Below, piece by piece: positions 45,682-61,284 of a stretch of DNA of 64,000 bases (the stretch's first letter is position 1; every line of letters starts with the position of its first letter). Source of the stretch: Octopus vulgaris (taxonomy: Eukaryota). A model generated the notes under the pieces. That model saw only the letters and a program-made list of their open reading frames with translations, ran no database searches and was not told the origin of the DNA. The stretch spans positions 9,238,001-9,302,000 of the forward strand of contig OX597835.1 of NCBI GenBank assembly GCA_951406725.2, read 5' to 3'. Both the position numbers and the translations under genes were made by a program.

Positions 45682-46199
45682 ATGTGTGTGTGTGAAGTAT
45701 ATTTGACATTTACGTGTGGCTAACCACTAAGAGTTGATGGTACTGTAGCTTGTAGCCCCAGGAGAACATCTTCCCCAGCTGGCTATTGACACACTTTCTG
45801 TGCCCTATCAGTATTTGCAAAGGGAAGCCATCCTTCGATGGGAAGGATGGCTTCCCTTTGCAAATATACATACGTATATATATATAAATATATATATGTG
45901 TATATAAATACATATCTTGAGATATATAGATAGATGTAAATATATATATATATATTTCTTTATTGCCCACAAGGGGCTAAACATAGAGGGGACAAACAAG
46001 GACAGACAAAGAGATTAAGTCGATTACATCGACCCCAGTGCGTAACTGGTACTTAATTTATCGACCCCGAAAGGATGAAAGGCAAAGTCGACCTCGGCGG
46101 AATTTGAACTCGGAACGTAACGACAGACGAAATACGGCGACGCAGGTCGCCCGGCGTGCTAACGTTTCTGCCAGCTCGCCACCTTATATATATATATAT

Positions 46200-46264
<65 letters not shown>

Positions 46265-46500
46265 TGTATGTGTGTGTGTGAAGTATATTTGACATTTACA
46301 TGTGGCTAACCACTAAGAGTGGATGGTACTGTAGCTTGTAGCCCCGGGAGAACATCTTCCCTAGCTGGCTATTGACACACTTTCTGTGCCCTATCAGTAT
46401 TTGCCAAGGGAAGCCATCCTTCGATGGGAAGGATGGCTTCCCTTTGCAAATATACATACGTATATATATATAAATATATATATGTGTATATAAATACATA
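45650..46500. repeat. Local duplication (~45650-45915 and ~46185-46500); each unit has a 25 bp hairpin
   Basis: (TG)n-aagtatatttgacatttac...ccctttgcaaatatacatacg is repeated. Hairpins at 45812-45866 (perfect) and 46398-46452 (one mismatch). Confidence 0.93.
45955..46184 (-). mobile_element. SINE family A
   Basis: Reverse complement of the 34692 copy. Confidence 0.92.
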
Positions 46501-46510
46501 TTGATAGATG

Positions 46511-46550
<40 letters not shown>

Positions 46551-46553
<3 letters not shown>

Positions 46554-46783
46554 GGCGAACTGGGAGAAACGTTAGCACGCCGGGCGAAATGCGTAGCCGT
46601 ATTTCGTCTGCCGTTAAGTGTTCTGGGTTCAAATTCCGCCGAGGTCGACTTTGCCTTTCATCCTTTCGGGGTTGATAAATTAAATACCAGTTACGCACTG
46701 GGGTCGATATAATCGACTTAATCCGTTGGTCTGTCCTTGTTTGTCCCCTCTATGTTTAGCCCCCTTGTGGGTAGTAAAGAAAT
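46551..46783 (+). mobile_element. SINE family A
   Basis: Near-identical to the 34692 and 36209 copies. Confidence 0.92.
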
Positions 46784-47181
46784 ATATATATATATATATA
46801 TAGTAGTAGTAGTAGAAAACGACACCCGGATCAGTAAGAAACGGTGTGATATATATGAAGTGAATTGATTTGTCAACCATTAATTTTCTTAGTTGCAATA
46901 TTTATTAATTGTCGTAATAATTTTAATCATGTTTTCAAAATGACGATTTATGACATTATAATTATAAGGATAATAATGATAATAACGTCATTATGAATAA
47001 TTTCATTTTGTTATACATCAATATTAATGGAAGTGGCAATATTTGATATCGAAGAGACTCTTTAATAAAAGAAGATAGAAGTCTGTTGAGAGAAACACAA
47101 CAGATCAAGTGACGTATGGAGACTGATATGGTAAAATATTTTCATACTAATATTACTAATGATAATAATAATCCTTATTAT

Positions 47182-47338
47182 AGGCACAAATCTTGAAATT
47201 TGGAGTAATTAATTTATTGACCCCGGATGAAAGGTAAAGTTGACCGCGGCTCAATTTGAGCTCAGAACGTAGCGACGGGCGAAATACCGCTAAGCATTGT
47301 GGCCCAGCGTGCAAACGCTTTAACAAGCTCACCGCCTT
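47182..47338 (-). mobile_element. Degenerate SINE family A
   Basis: ggatgaaaggtaaagttgacc...atttgagctcagaacgta...gaaataccgctaagcatt is the reverse complement of family A. Confidence 0.75.
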
Positions 47339-47342
47339 ATAA

Positions 47343-47418
<76 letters not shown>

Positions 47419-47477
47419 TTAAAAAAAATAATAAATTTTCGTAAGGTTTTGTTTTAGACATTCACTAGTACAACACT

Positions 47478-47761
<284 letters not shown>

Positions 47762-47774
47762 GTCTTAAATTTTG

Positions 47775-48925
47775 GAATATTATCTAGATGCGTCTGACAG
47801 CCATTTCTTATCATACCAAGGTCTCTCACCATAGTAGGAACAGTTCTCGTTTTAAGATTCCACATATTTTGTGTTTCAGTTTCCAAGCCCTTAAAATTAC
47901 TTAAGTTTTTAAATTCCTTAACAAATGGGTATATTTTTTCGCCAGTGGGAACACTTACATCTATTAGTCTACAAGTATTTTCTTCTCTGTCTTTAACGAT
48001 AATGTCTGGTCGAGTTACCATGATCGTTCTGTCGGTGTTGACTGAAAAATCTCAGATGATAGTAACATTTTTTACCTTCAATGATTGGTTCAGGATGATG
48101 TTCTTTCCAGTTAGCGGGAGTTTTTACATATTTTCCAACGTAAATATTGTCCTAAACTTTCGGTGTCAGCACAGGACATTCTGAGATGAGATGGTCTATT
48201 GCTTCATCACATTTATCACGGAATTTGCATTTAGCGTCAGAACCGATTTGAAGAACGTTAACCTGGTAGTTTGTTTTCGGTAAGCAAACTTTGATATTGT
48301 GTCGCTAATATGAAACTTTCAGTCTCTACTCTCTGTCCTGAGCTTCTCAACTACTGATGGGCTGTTGCTTGGTCTACATCAGCATTTCAACACGAAGTAT
48401 ATACTGTCCATGTAGAGGCTCCTGTTTCCACCGTTTCTAAATTTGTTCCTGCCCTTTTTTTGCAGTATGCTTGATCTGTTTTGCTTTTTTCGTGGCAGTG
48501 GTTTCAGGTTTTTCACCTAATTAAGGATTAAAGCCACGTTCCACTGTGAAAGTACAATCTTTCTTGATAATAGAATGTAATCTTTTTTTGCTGCTTTCGT
48601 GTTTGCACAGAAGTCGTACCGTCCAATCCTCTATACTAGATAAGTATTTGTCCATTGTTTTTGAGGAATTCTTATAGCACCATTCTACCTATATCATCTT
48701 CTCTTTCCACATTACTTCTATATAGGTACAATCGATCAACGGTGTGGCATGTTCTTAGGTATTAGTAGTTTTCTAGTCTTCCTGTCCAGGCGATGGAGTT
48801 CTGTAAAATTCCAGTTAATGATACTAAAACTGTATTGGGCTACTGGAAGTACCGGGGTGTTAGTGGCTTCGATGCAGTTTTTGGAGTTGAGTTCAGTGTT
48901 TGAGTCGTATTTTTCTGAAAAATTC
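47775..48925 (-). mobile_element. Decayed R4/Dong-clade non-LTR retrotransposon (post-RT region, zinc knuckle, restriction-like endonuclease)
   Basis: Manual translation gives YSFSIINWNFTELHRLDRKTRKLL (~48765-48835), PLHGQY (~48402-48420), CKFRDKCDEAIDHLISEC (degenerate CCHC, ~48177-48230) and RPDIIVKDREENTCRLIDVSVP (PD..D RLE motif). Confidence 0.87.
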
Positions 48926-48990
48926 TCTTCCTGATTTTTCCGTCATAGTAGCACATTGTACAACATTTCGTTTTATCCCCAATTATTAAT

Positions 48991-49044
<54 letters not shown>

Positions 49045-49075
49045 GTTATTATTATCATTATTATTATTATTATTG

Positions 49076-49228
<153 letters not shown>

Positions 49229-49301
49229 TTTAAGGCGGTGAGATGGCAGAATCATTAGCACGCTGGGCGAAATGCTTAGCGATATTATAAATTGAAAAAG
49301 T

Positions 49302-49379
<78 letters not shown>

Positions 49380-49839
49380 CAGCATTAGCATTAGTAGTAG
49401 TAGTAAAAGTAGCAGTAGTAGTCCTGGTTTGTAGTAGTAGCGGTGGTGGTGGTGGCGGACCTGGAGGCGGAGCGGTGGTGTTAGTAGTGATTAACACGAT
49501 TATTATTAGTAAGTAATATTAAGTAAGTGTCTGACGATATAAGAGAAAATATGTATTTGAAATGTCGAACTGTGTTTGTTAAATGGAAAGTGGAGAAAGA
49601 CAAAATTTAATCAGACAATTCCGAAGCGCAAATCTTCCTGACCATCAATTTAGATTTGCATATCTCTTGTAAACAAGAATCCATAACGAACTCAAGAGAC
49701 GCACTTACTTCAATTACGAAACTAATTGCTCGGTTACCATGCCAAAATATTCATGAAGATTTCTTTGAAGCCAAATGTCCATGCATACTTATTATATTTC
49801 TTTTCATACATATACAGATACATGCATAAATATACATAT

Positions 49840-49901
<62 letters not shown>

Positions 49902-50000
49902 TACACACAGACACATATATATATATATATAAATGTATATATATATATGTATATATATATAGATATATACATATGTATATATGTATGTATACAGGTGTGT

Positions 50001-50119
<119 letters not shown>

Positions 50120-50219
50120 TAGAGAGAGAGATGGGCATACATGAATTTGTATAATTATCTGTGACCAGATAAATAATGAGGGACGCTTATTACTAATTTA
50201 ATAACGTAAATTTATTAAT

Positions 50220-50352
50220 GACGTCTATAAAATTTACCTTCAGGCATTTAAATTGCCTTTAGGTTTTTAAATTGCTTAACGACGTCTATAAATTTGCCTT
50301 CAGGTTTTTAAATTGCTTAGCGACGTCTATAAATTTGCCTTTACATTTTTAA
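50220..50352. repeat. Short minisatellite, ~40 nt unit gacgtctataaatttgccttcaggtttttaaattgctta; related array at ~51897-52002
   Basis: About three imperfect units are visible at each site. Confidence 0.8.
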
Positions 50353-50513
50353 GTGTTGATAATATCTGGGGTCTCTACATGTTTACCTGTTGGTAATATC
50401 TGGGGCCTCCTTACGTCAACTAACTAAGATAGTGCCTGTGTCACTAATGAGTTCTTTTGACACTTATTTCTAGCAACGATGGTACCCCTTTGTGTCCTCA
50501 GCTAATCTAGTGA

Positions 50514-50664
<151 letters not shown>

Positions 50665-53600
50665 CCGTGTGCATATAGATTTGTCTATGTGCGTGTATGT
50701 GTACATTTGTGCGTATAAGTTTATATATGAAGTGTTATATTGATATAATTATCCAAATATTGCCAACCGCTTCTTGTATGTCTCCCGCAATTAAAGCTAA
50801 TTCCGTGTTATAGACATCTTCTTTTTGCCCCCCCCTATCAAATTAATGATGTCTTCTAAGGAAACATTGATGAGTAATTTATTTCCCCAAATACTTTGAA
50901 GTTCCTCTTCGTGAAATCGTTTATTTCCCTTTCCTTGTAATGGAAAACCGTTGTAATTGTTTATAAAGTAATGCATCTCTTGTAATATCGTTCCCTTACG
51001 TGCGATTCTGCATTCACTGTCTTCTACAGTGAGCAGTATCACTCTTACAATGGCGTCTTTCCTAAATGAAGACTGGTCTCTGATCGTCTTCGGATACAGA
51101 TAAAAGGATTAATTTCTCCCCAATGTAGCAGGCATTTTATCGAAGAATCTATGTGATATATTTCATGCATAAATCCATTTAGTTCATTTTCAGATTTCCA
51201 GTTCTAATCTGCAGGTAACTGATCTGTATACGCATTAACGAAAGCGCTTCAGTTTCATATTTTAATCAGATAGAAACAGCAACGGGATTTCTTTCATATC
51301 ACGTCTTAAAATAGGACGTGGGCGTTAATCAATGATGCCCTGGGCAGAAAAATATAGTCATGATGTTGAAGGTGAAAATGACTTTGTATCGGAAATGTTG
51401 AATAGAAATTGATCTAACATTAACAAACGAAAGGAACTAGTATATCTCCAATGTAATTTCCTTTAAATGAAGTACAATAATGAAAGTTGAATGAATGTTA
51501 TGTAATTCTATTGATTCTTAGAAAATAATTTACTTCCCCCATTACAGAAGGAAAGGCAACTGTCTAGCCTCGTAACCCATATTTCTACAGCTTTCCAAAC
51601 CTTAATTGTAATAATATCAATATCTCGGAAGGTAATGAAGAATAAGATAAAAACAGCTCTTTCTTTTAGGAGCACTCAAGTAGCACTATAAATATACATG
51701 GGATGGTTGTGGTTGGAATGTCTTTAAATGAGTTACGGTGTCGGTATAAATAACAATATTATGATGTTATATAGATATGTTATGTAAAATTCAAGATAAA
51801 AATATAACCCAGAAAATGTCTCAGAGACTCACAAAACGACCTTAGTCTCGAGTATTGTTGTGTATTGTTGTCATGGGAGATCAGGAATTTAAAATAACCT
51901 TCAAGCATTTAAGTTGCTTAGTGACATGTATAAATTTGCCTTTAAGTTTTTAAATCGCTTAGTGGTGTCTATAAAGTTACCTTTAGATTTCTAAATTGCT
52001 TAGGTTTTATGAGTGTTTCCTAAAACAGGGAACGTTGCAAGAGATCTGACGTTTTTTAAGCAGACTTTACAATTAGACTCGCCAGCAACGTAAAAAACAC
52101 AAATAAATGCTGTGAAAAGTCTCAAAAATTGATGATGAAAGTTTCATTACCACGACCCAACAATATTTCTACATATATATAAAATACATCACATAGAACT
52201 ACTCTGCTCTGCGAACACAGTGCAACGCAAACCAATATCAAAACAAAATAATACATTCACCCAATGCGCAGGTCCGCTTGGTTATGCATTGGTAGCACAC
52301 ATGAAATAAAACTATAATAAAGCTAAGGATGGGAATCGAACGCGAGTTTACTGAGTAGCTTGCACCAGTTTTATTATGCTAAAGATGCCTGTAGTAAAAT
52401 CGAAAATATTGCGGAGAAATGTGAGATTCCTGAAAACAAAAATTTTCCTCTCACACCAGACCTTATCGCCTTCTTCATATCCAACTCCCACATAAACCTG
52501 AGACCTAGGAATTAACTATTCCTTCCGGCAAATGCTCTACTTGGTTTGTGTGTCATTGTTAATTAGGGAAGAGAAAAACAAGGAGTTATTTGCGCTGCCA
52601 ACCGATTTTTAATAGCTTATAAAATTATGTTTAAGCTTAGATTTTCAGCGCACAGAGCCATAGACTGCTACTTTTATGGTTATTCCCATGCGCACAAATC
52701 ACATTATTGACAATTTTCCAGTTAAATGTTGAACAGAACCCTATTGCTTGCAAAAATCAGGTGATGAGGTTTAAATGTTACATTAGATGGAATTCATTTC
52801 TGATAGAATTTTTTGTTTTTAATAGAGAAACATTTCCCATTGATGCTGCTGTTATCACAAAATGTATTGATTTCATATTCCTCTTCAGCTTCCACTACTG
52901 CACAGTAAAGAATTTTATATCACTGTCATATGATTTCGATGTGAGAAACCTGTATTTTGTTATCGTAGAAAACCAAATGAAAAGTTCCTTCTAAAGCGCG
53001 ATTTAAAGAGTTCCCAGTAAAATATGGCTATATCAAGCGTAAGCAATCTAAAAAAAAACAGGTTATCGTACTCTTCATTATTGCAGAATGGATTAAAAAT
53101 AAAATTTCTTATTTCATAGACATCAAACTTAAAATCAATGAGAAATTCACTTTCTAAAATGTTGCCGTAAAGCATTAAAAATTTAATTGTAAAAAAAGGT
53201 GGAAGAGAAGCAACAACAGACACAAAACGTGTGTTGGGTGATCAGTGAGCTTTTTTGCAGGTAACTCTACTACAACAAAGAGGATTTCATCTTATCAAAT
53301 GGGAGATACTTTCTCTGAGACAGCAGCTACCAAGTAAAGTTTAGCAATGTGATCATGATTCTGCAGTACTGGAAAGAATAAGATAAAATTGTTTCATTCT
53401 TGAAATTAGCAGTGAGTCGTTTGAAGGACGAAACATGAATTTTAAAGACAACAAAACTGTCCGGAATATAAACGCCGGAGGCATCAAGTGAAGCGAATTT
53501 GTTGCAACTGCAAATCGAAACAGAGATCTACATGTCACAGTGCAAACATGCAATGAAACATTAAACAAAGTCTCCATGATTTCCGACTGAGAGAAAAAGA

Positions 53601-53711
53601 AACAAATCATTGTACTTTGCATTGATTCACCTGCATTGCTGAGTTGATGATATATATATATTTGTATATATATATATGCGTGTGTGTGTGTGTTTGTGTG
53701 TATGTATGCAT

Positions 53712-53760
<49 letters not shown>

Positions 53761-56256
53761 TATATATATATATATACAAACGCACAGACGCACATAAATA
53801 CAGACATAAATATATTTACATTTATATATGTATATGTGTATGTATATATATATATGTGCAGGTATACTCTCTCGTACATCCATACACACAGACGTGTGCG
53901 TTTGGGTGTGTTGGAAATGATTAATATACCTTTGTGTTTGTTTGTCGAAGCATGTCATACGATTCCGATACATTGTTATAGATGTTCGCCAGTCCTATTC
54001 TGAAATATCCGCTCAAATAAATATCGGAACTGACTCCCCTTCGCAACGTATTATCGTTTGCATAATGATATATTCACCTCACTTGCTACACATATATTTA
54101 TCATATAGGATAACCGATTTCATATTTTCCCATGTAAAAATATTCCCAGCAATAACCTGAACGATATAGACGGCTTGGCAGAAAATATATACGAAACTTT
54201 TCGTCGCAATAACTAGCTGCCTGTCGATTTCTATCAATAAACAGAAAGCGTAAAATATCTATATTGATTATCCTTCTGCTGTTTCTCTTTAAGTCTAGTT
54301 TCTTTCTTCTTCCTATTATAAATATCGCTGGTTCTGGCGCTGTGTCATGGCAGTGTAAGTAATTACTCTCGAGACCAATATTGTCGGTGCTGTTGTTAAT
54401 GTCCTTCGGATTCTTTTTCTCTCCTAATTAATCATTTTGCACTTTTACGTCGTGCATTTATATATCTTCTACGTTGCGCATCAGTGTATCTGTAGAGAAA
54501 CCAAACCAAAACAGCAACAAGGCTTAAGCTGGACACACATAATTCGGACAGAGGAATGTTCACTGTCAGCAGTGCAACTGGGAAATATATTGTCAGCGTT
54601 GAAATGAGTTACAGATTGATAACTGTTAGAAGGAAATGGACGTAGAGAATTCCAAACAGCCGCGTATGTATTCTTGCAGGTGTTTCTGTCTATATGGGTT
54701 CTCCCTATATATTTCATCCGCATACTTTTGATATATATATATTATCCCCACACACATTGTAGCATTGGCATGTGATGCTTCCAATTACGGTTACTCATTT
54801 TTGCGCGGAATGTGTCGATGCGTCCTCTTACTCGAATGCGTTAGAAATAGAATCAGGAAATGGAATCTCTAATTACAAACTCAATAGTTGCACAAGTGCT
54901 TGGAACATAATTTATCAACTATAAGTGTAAATTCCTAAATACACTCGCTCACACAAACAAATATGAGATTGTGTTTGATCGTGTGTTGAATGCATGAAAT
55001 ATTGATAAAGTATTAGTTTAATTATGTATGTTGATGTTCGTATCTGTTTCCTCTCTGTACGCGAGTGTGAGAATTTGCATGCGTCTCCATCGACATGTAT
55101 CTTTTTTGTAAATGCATTGTTTCAATCTTTCGTCTCCAATTTTTGTGCCACACTTAACATTCTTCATTCACAAATACATTTTATTATTCAGTATACACGA
55201 CATGATGTTGTCGGATATCAAATTTCCATTTCACCATACAAGTGTTTAAAAGTAAAGGCAAACTTTATATTAAGGAATCTTTTAACTTACCCTCTTGAAA
55301 GCTGGAAGATAATGGAGTTTCCAGTCGTTGAATAGTTGTTTCATGCTTGATATCCTATTCTATGTTCACGTACTCGGATATGTCATCTTCCTGTAAAGAC
55401 AAGAAAATAAAATTTAGGAATTTCAGCTCAGATATCCATTTAAACATATCTACTGGGAAAATAAATAGGATAGAATATTTATATTCCATCGATCAAATAC
55501 TTTGTTAGGTCGATCTGTTAAAAATAGAAACCAATTCTCCTTTAAATCACATTTGATGTCTTTAAAGTACATTGCATTTTAGATATAGATTATGCACAAA
55601 ATTTAACGGAGTATAATATGGGATGGCCACGGATGGAATGTATTTGAACGTTGTTCGCTTAATCATTTTAAGCAAAACAATAACAATTTTAAATTCGGTA
55701 ACAGGAAATTGCATCCGAAAGTGATGTACGGTCCACAGACAGAACATTACCTCCCCACAATGTCGCCGAATATACCTCAGTCACCACATTAACGAATGTT
55801 CAGAACGATTACAACTACAATTCGAAATTTTCCCATTTTATGAACTGGTCTTCTGGGCGTCAACACAAGTAAGACTGAATAAAGAAGCCTCATTTATCCA
55901 TAAATATAATCCAGAATTAAATATGAACCCATATTAAAAATAAAGGACTTACCCCATCAAATGGAAGGAGTAAGCCAGAATAAAGCAGAGAACACAAAAA
56001 TCAATAAAAGAAAACTTACAGATTTGCCTCCCCTTTACTGCAAAATAAATGAGTGAACAATTATCGCCTGTAGCAATATGTTTTTTTCTCCCTAGCAATT
56101 TATCTCTTTCAACTCCCAGTTTGTTGAGCAATGCGAAACCGGTCCTTACTCCCATTATGTTGAAAGAACAAAACCTTATTTTTTACAAACTTGTATATCT
56201 TTATTTTCATGACTCTAATACACTCTTAAATCTTGTAAAAACAAATCTGCTCTCTC

Positions 56257-56359
<103 letters not shown>

Positions 56360-59300
56360 GCATATATATATGTTTGTGTATATGTATATACGTATGTATG
56401 TATGTATGTATGTATGTATGTATGTATGTATGTATGTATGTATGCATATACGTATATGAATGTTTATCGATGGACTAATGAATTATTTCTGAATTGAATA
56501 TATTTCACTGAAAGAAGAAAGCATGGTTTAAAAGTCGACAAAGTACATTTGTTTCATATCATTAGAGTTCCTTCTCTTATTTGCAGCCTTTAAAGACCCA
56601 TAGTATTTTCTCAGCTAATTGCATGGGTCATCCCAGTTAATAGATGCTTTTAATCTCCCTATATCAAATATGAGAGTTATAACAGCGTGTTTAGTACCTG
56701 GATCTCCCCCTGCAGCTATATTCTAGTAATGTCCCATATATTGTTAATCCCTTATTTGGACGGTATATATCTCAAAACAACCAATTTATAATTCCTTGAC
56801 AAAATGTAATCTCTTTTATAGAAAGCAAGAGAAAAGAATAACATATTTACGGTAATGTCCCGTAACAGTTTGGTAAATTTCTATCACTACGTTACTAGAA
56901 TTGGTTGGAATTGATGAAGAATGAGAAAAGATACAGAAAAAAGGAAAGAAGAGGCAAGAGCGGGCAGATAATCTGACAACAAAACATCCATAGCCGAAGA
57001 TAAAGAAAGATTGCAACAAAGTAACAAAGACTGCAAATAGCTTTAGGTTAAACGATTATTTCTCAAAGCGAAGTATATGTGTTTGTTATTTTCAATTACG
57101 GAATCCGTTTTCTGCAGAAAGTTTTGACTGGACTGATGGCATGAGAAAATGATAAATGGCAGAAATGAAACGCAAGCTATAACATTTGAAGCACAAATGC
57201 AGAAATCGTCACTGTGGCTGTAATTTCAGAAATGCTATTTGATCTTTAGAATAAGGTAGGTGAAAGACGTATGTTGCAATAGGTATCTGTAGAAAATTAA
57301 TTGCTCCAGAAATAAAGTGATTTGTGAATAGCCTAGAAGTAAGAGACTCAAACTGAAAAGGAAGTGAAGAAATACCCTATGTATGTGTCAGAATGTTCCA
57401 AGAGAGAGGAAAGATAACTCCATTTACCTAAGAATAAATCCTTGTTGTTTGTTAGAAGCCCCACCGGCAACCAAGTGGGTTTGGATAGAGTAGATTTTTA
57501 ATGACATGTAATCCATTTGCGACAGCCCCATTCTTTTAGGTATGTGTACGATTATATTCATTTAGCTAACGTGTATTTTTTAGGAAGAGTTAGATTTATT
57601 TTTCGGAGACCGTGCTATATAACCTGTGTTGCAGCACATCAGAGAAAAATATATCAATATTTTGCAGCTGTGTGTGCAAATATTTTTGGTCAATAAACTC
57701 TCCCATTTCTTGGGATTGTTGTGCAGAGATGAACTTCACGCTAGTCGATTGTAAGACACCCATACCTGAAATGACGGATGATGTTAACACTAGCAATAAA
57801 TATTATAATCTGTCCAAGTTAGAGATATTAAAACACTTCATACAATTTTTATTAATGGTTACATATTATTGAGTGCCAGCCCGTGGCCTACTGGTGAGGG
57901 AATCACATTCACTAATACAAAATTATGATTTCTATTCGCAGTCATGCGGCGCGTCGGACTCCTGAGTGAAACAATTCATTACACACTACTCCAGACCCCT
58001 CAAGTGTATATGGGCGACCGCTGCCACAGACCGACGGTCCATTCAAGTGTAATTTTACGCTATCCAACCTAGACTCATTTTCAATTTACAGCAATGCATA
58101 TTTTGATCAACATTCGATATTTTGGTCGATATCTAAGGTATTGTTAGTTATGCTTTGCGTTCCACAGCGAGCAAACCAGACGGCAGATTTTTCTTTTCGT
58201 AAGTGATGCCATGAAAGTAAGCGAAATATAATTGCAAGAGAAATTAAAATAATATTCCATTTAAGTTACAGAATTTAGGGCTTCTCTGCAACATGTTATT
58301 CTATTATAAATATCGGGTTTAGCATATCGCTCTCAAGCAATTTAAAATATATTTATCAAAACAAGTGAATTTTATCCAATCCATTTAAAGCTATGAATCG
58401 ACGCATAAGAAAACATCTGATAGTATGTTTATTGGAAAGTTTAACGTTTCCCTTTTAAACTTCAAATGACAGGCATAACTGATGAGAATACTCCACAAGT
58501 GCATTTTCAAGGGATGGTGATCGTAGTAGCAATGGCAATATGAGAAGAAATAACTGCAACTGCAAGGATAAATTGAAATAGCTTTACTAATAGATTTCTC
58601 GACTATCGCAGTAGCATGATCATTGATATTTTACAGGCCACATTTACAGTGTCACATTTTATAGTCAGAACATATTACGATGCTCATTATTCTCTCAAAT
58701 GTACTAGCATTTTATCATGTCCTTTATTTAATAAATGAAGTTGAAAACTGCAACGTAGGAGCAAACAACATTTAGCAGACCGTTATTTGTCTCAGTTGGA
58801 TTTCTAATTTGCATGGCATGGAGTTGGACATTCGTTGCATTTCTCCATCGCACCGACTGCCATAGAAGATTGATGAGATTACGACTACGAATACAGTATT
58901 TTGATTTTTATCAAACCAGAACCTAAATTCTTGACCTGGAGGATTGAGAACAAATTTCGCTCAGTTGGCCTCGTATCCTACCGATACATAAGTTACGGTT
59001 TAAAAACTATTACATCTATTCAAACTTACTATAATAATTGCATTTTAATTTTTTATTTTTGTAGTTCTGCTCCAAACGCGCTACGGGAAGTTTGAATTCG
59101 ATAGTGTATAACCAATTATGATGGAAATGTGTAGGATTTGACTTAAGGAAGGGTGTTTCAAATCGAAATAAATTAATTATAAACAGCACGACTCACAAGG
59201 AGATAATTTTTCTTGTCTTCTCAAGGGAGATATCACCAATTCACATTAGTTTCCAAGAGAAAATATGCCATCATTCTTTTGACATCATTAATCATGTAAC

Positions 59301-61001
59301 TTGCGAGTTTAATGTCACATATGATAATATATGAATACAGACAACGATTTAGATATGAGGAACCAGACGTCACAATTCTCTTTTAGTGACGTCCATCCTG
59401 TTGAACACATCAAAAGTTGTTATTCTAGAATATTACTAAAAATAATTAAAGGCAAATTTGCCATGAATGGAAGCAGATCTGGGACTATCTTGCTAAGTGG
59501 TAACTACATAATTTTTAGTTTTCCTAATCCAATATACTCGATCCGACTAAAAATGGGTAAAATATATTTCATTAACAACCAATGTTAATTCTCCTTTTAA
59601 AGCAGTAAATTAAAATATTATATTAATTATACATAAAACTAAGAAAATTTGCATATTAAATTAATCATATTTTGATATGGCGATGCAAACTTTTAAGAAT
59701 GAAAGGTAAATACAATTTAATAGAAGCTATAAATTACAAGACACACGTGGTGGAAATTAATCGTAAATAAGTTGAGAAATACTTCACCATTTCACCAAAT
59801 ACTTTATTTAGCAACGTAACAGGTGTAATACTATATGTGCCTACATATTGCTGAACATATTATTGGATTCCTCGGACACAGTCCTATCGACTATATTCCC
59901 AGTCAGAAATTCATATACGTAAACTGAGAAATCACAAAACCATTCTAATTTCATTGCAATTTTATTTACTTCAAGACAATACTCCATTTTAATTCATTTC
60001 CATTCCTTGAGGTCAATCCTCATAACTCATTGTTATAAACATTTCCTGTTTCTATTCATTATATGTTAGCACATTATTAAATATGAAGGAAGTAACTTTA
60101 TTGTCGACATATGAATTACAATCCTAAGGTAAACAGAACAGTCAAAAGAAAGATACAAGAATGAAAAGCAATTTTACTAAACACAATTAATTTGATCTTT
60201 ATTATAAAGAATAAGATATATCCAGCTGAAAGAGAAATAACTTTAGAAACTTTCAGAGTTGAAAATCGTTGCTGTGGAAATGCCTCCCACAATGTGGGTT
60301 AAGTATTAAACCACATCATTTCATGACTAATTCAAACATTTCGATTTGTGCTTAATCTTACTTAGTCTTTCGCAGTAGTTATGTCTCTGATTATCTCTAA
60401 TTTTCCACTAAAGCTTCAACTAGTTCACGTTATCTGATTATAATAACTTCATACAATTAAAATAAAACTTATTCAAATACTCAAATCTGCTTTATGTTGG
60501 TAGTAAAATAATGTGTTTCACAGCTCATCTACCTGGGAAGTACTCTTTTACTCTTTTACACGTTTCAGTCATTTGGCTGCCAGAGTAGTGTAGTAAAATG
60601 GAAACGAAATCCCTGTGGAGACTAATCAGTGATATCTGTGCAATAGATTGCTTTATCTCATAGGATCTTCCCTCAGATGAAACACAATCGCAACCAGCCC
60701 GAAAAGGCAGACAACGGTAAGGTCTGCAATCGACCAGCACGACGGAAAGGGATTTCAACGTTAATGAAACGTAAATATTTATCATCCGCTTGCCTGCTTG
60801 GTGAGTTGCAACTCTACTTTCTTACAGTAGCGGGAAATATTCACAGCAGATTAGACCTCCAGAACACTGGTTTCTTCAAACATTTTTAGAAAAAGAACTC
60901 AATCATCTCGTCTGCACACCTGCTCTCTGCCCCAACTCTCTATTTTCTGTCTCTCTCCTTCACTCTCTCACTCTTCCTCACTCTGTGTCCTTCTAATTTC
61001 C

Positions 61002-61072
<71 letters not shown>

Positions 61073-61156
61073 TATTTGAGTAGTTGAATGAATTATCTTA
61101 TTAAGGATAAATCGAAAGAATTTTGTGCATTTTGATGTCGACATAAGTTCCTTGCC

Positions 61157-61237
61157 TTTCCTGATGAGAAATCTGCATAATGTACTCCTTATTCCTTCGG
61201 AATTAGGAATATGCAGCCCTCGAAACATATGTCGAAA
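61157..61237 (+). ncRNA. Type I minimal hammerhead ribozyme (Penelope/retrozyme-like)
   Basis: Stem I tttc/gaaa; CTGATGA (61161-67); stem II closed by G-C; GAAAC (61222-26); palindromic loop ATAT; GTC cleavage triplet (61231-33). Confidence 0.8.
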
Positions 61238-61284
61238 ATAAAGGAAATATGTTAACAAGTCGTTCAACTCCATTCTTTAATAAA

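Noticed and set aside
49531-49560. CTGACGA...GAAA hammerhead-like word pair
   Set aside because: No stem II or stem I pairing; expected by chance in AT-rich DNA.
50220-50352. CRISPR-like appearance of repeated units
   Set aside because: The units are tandem without unique spacers, there are no cas genes, and the context is eukaryotic.
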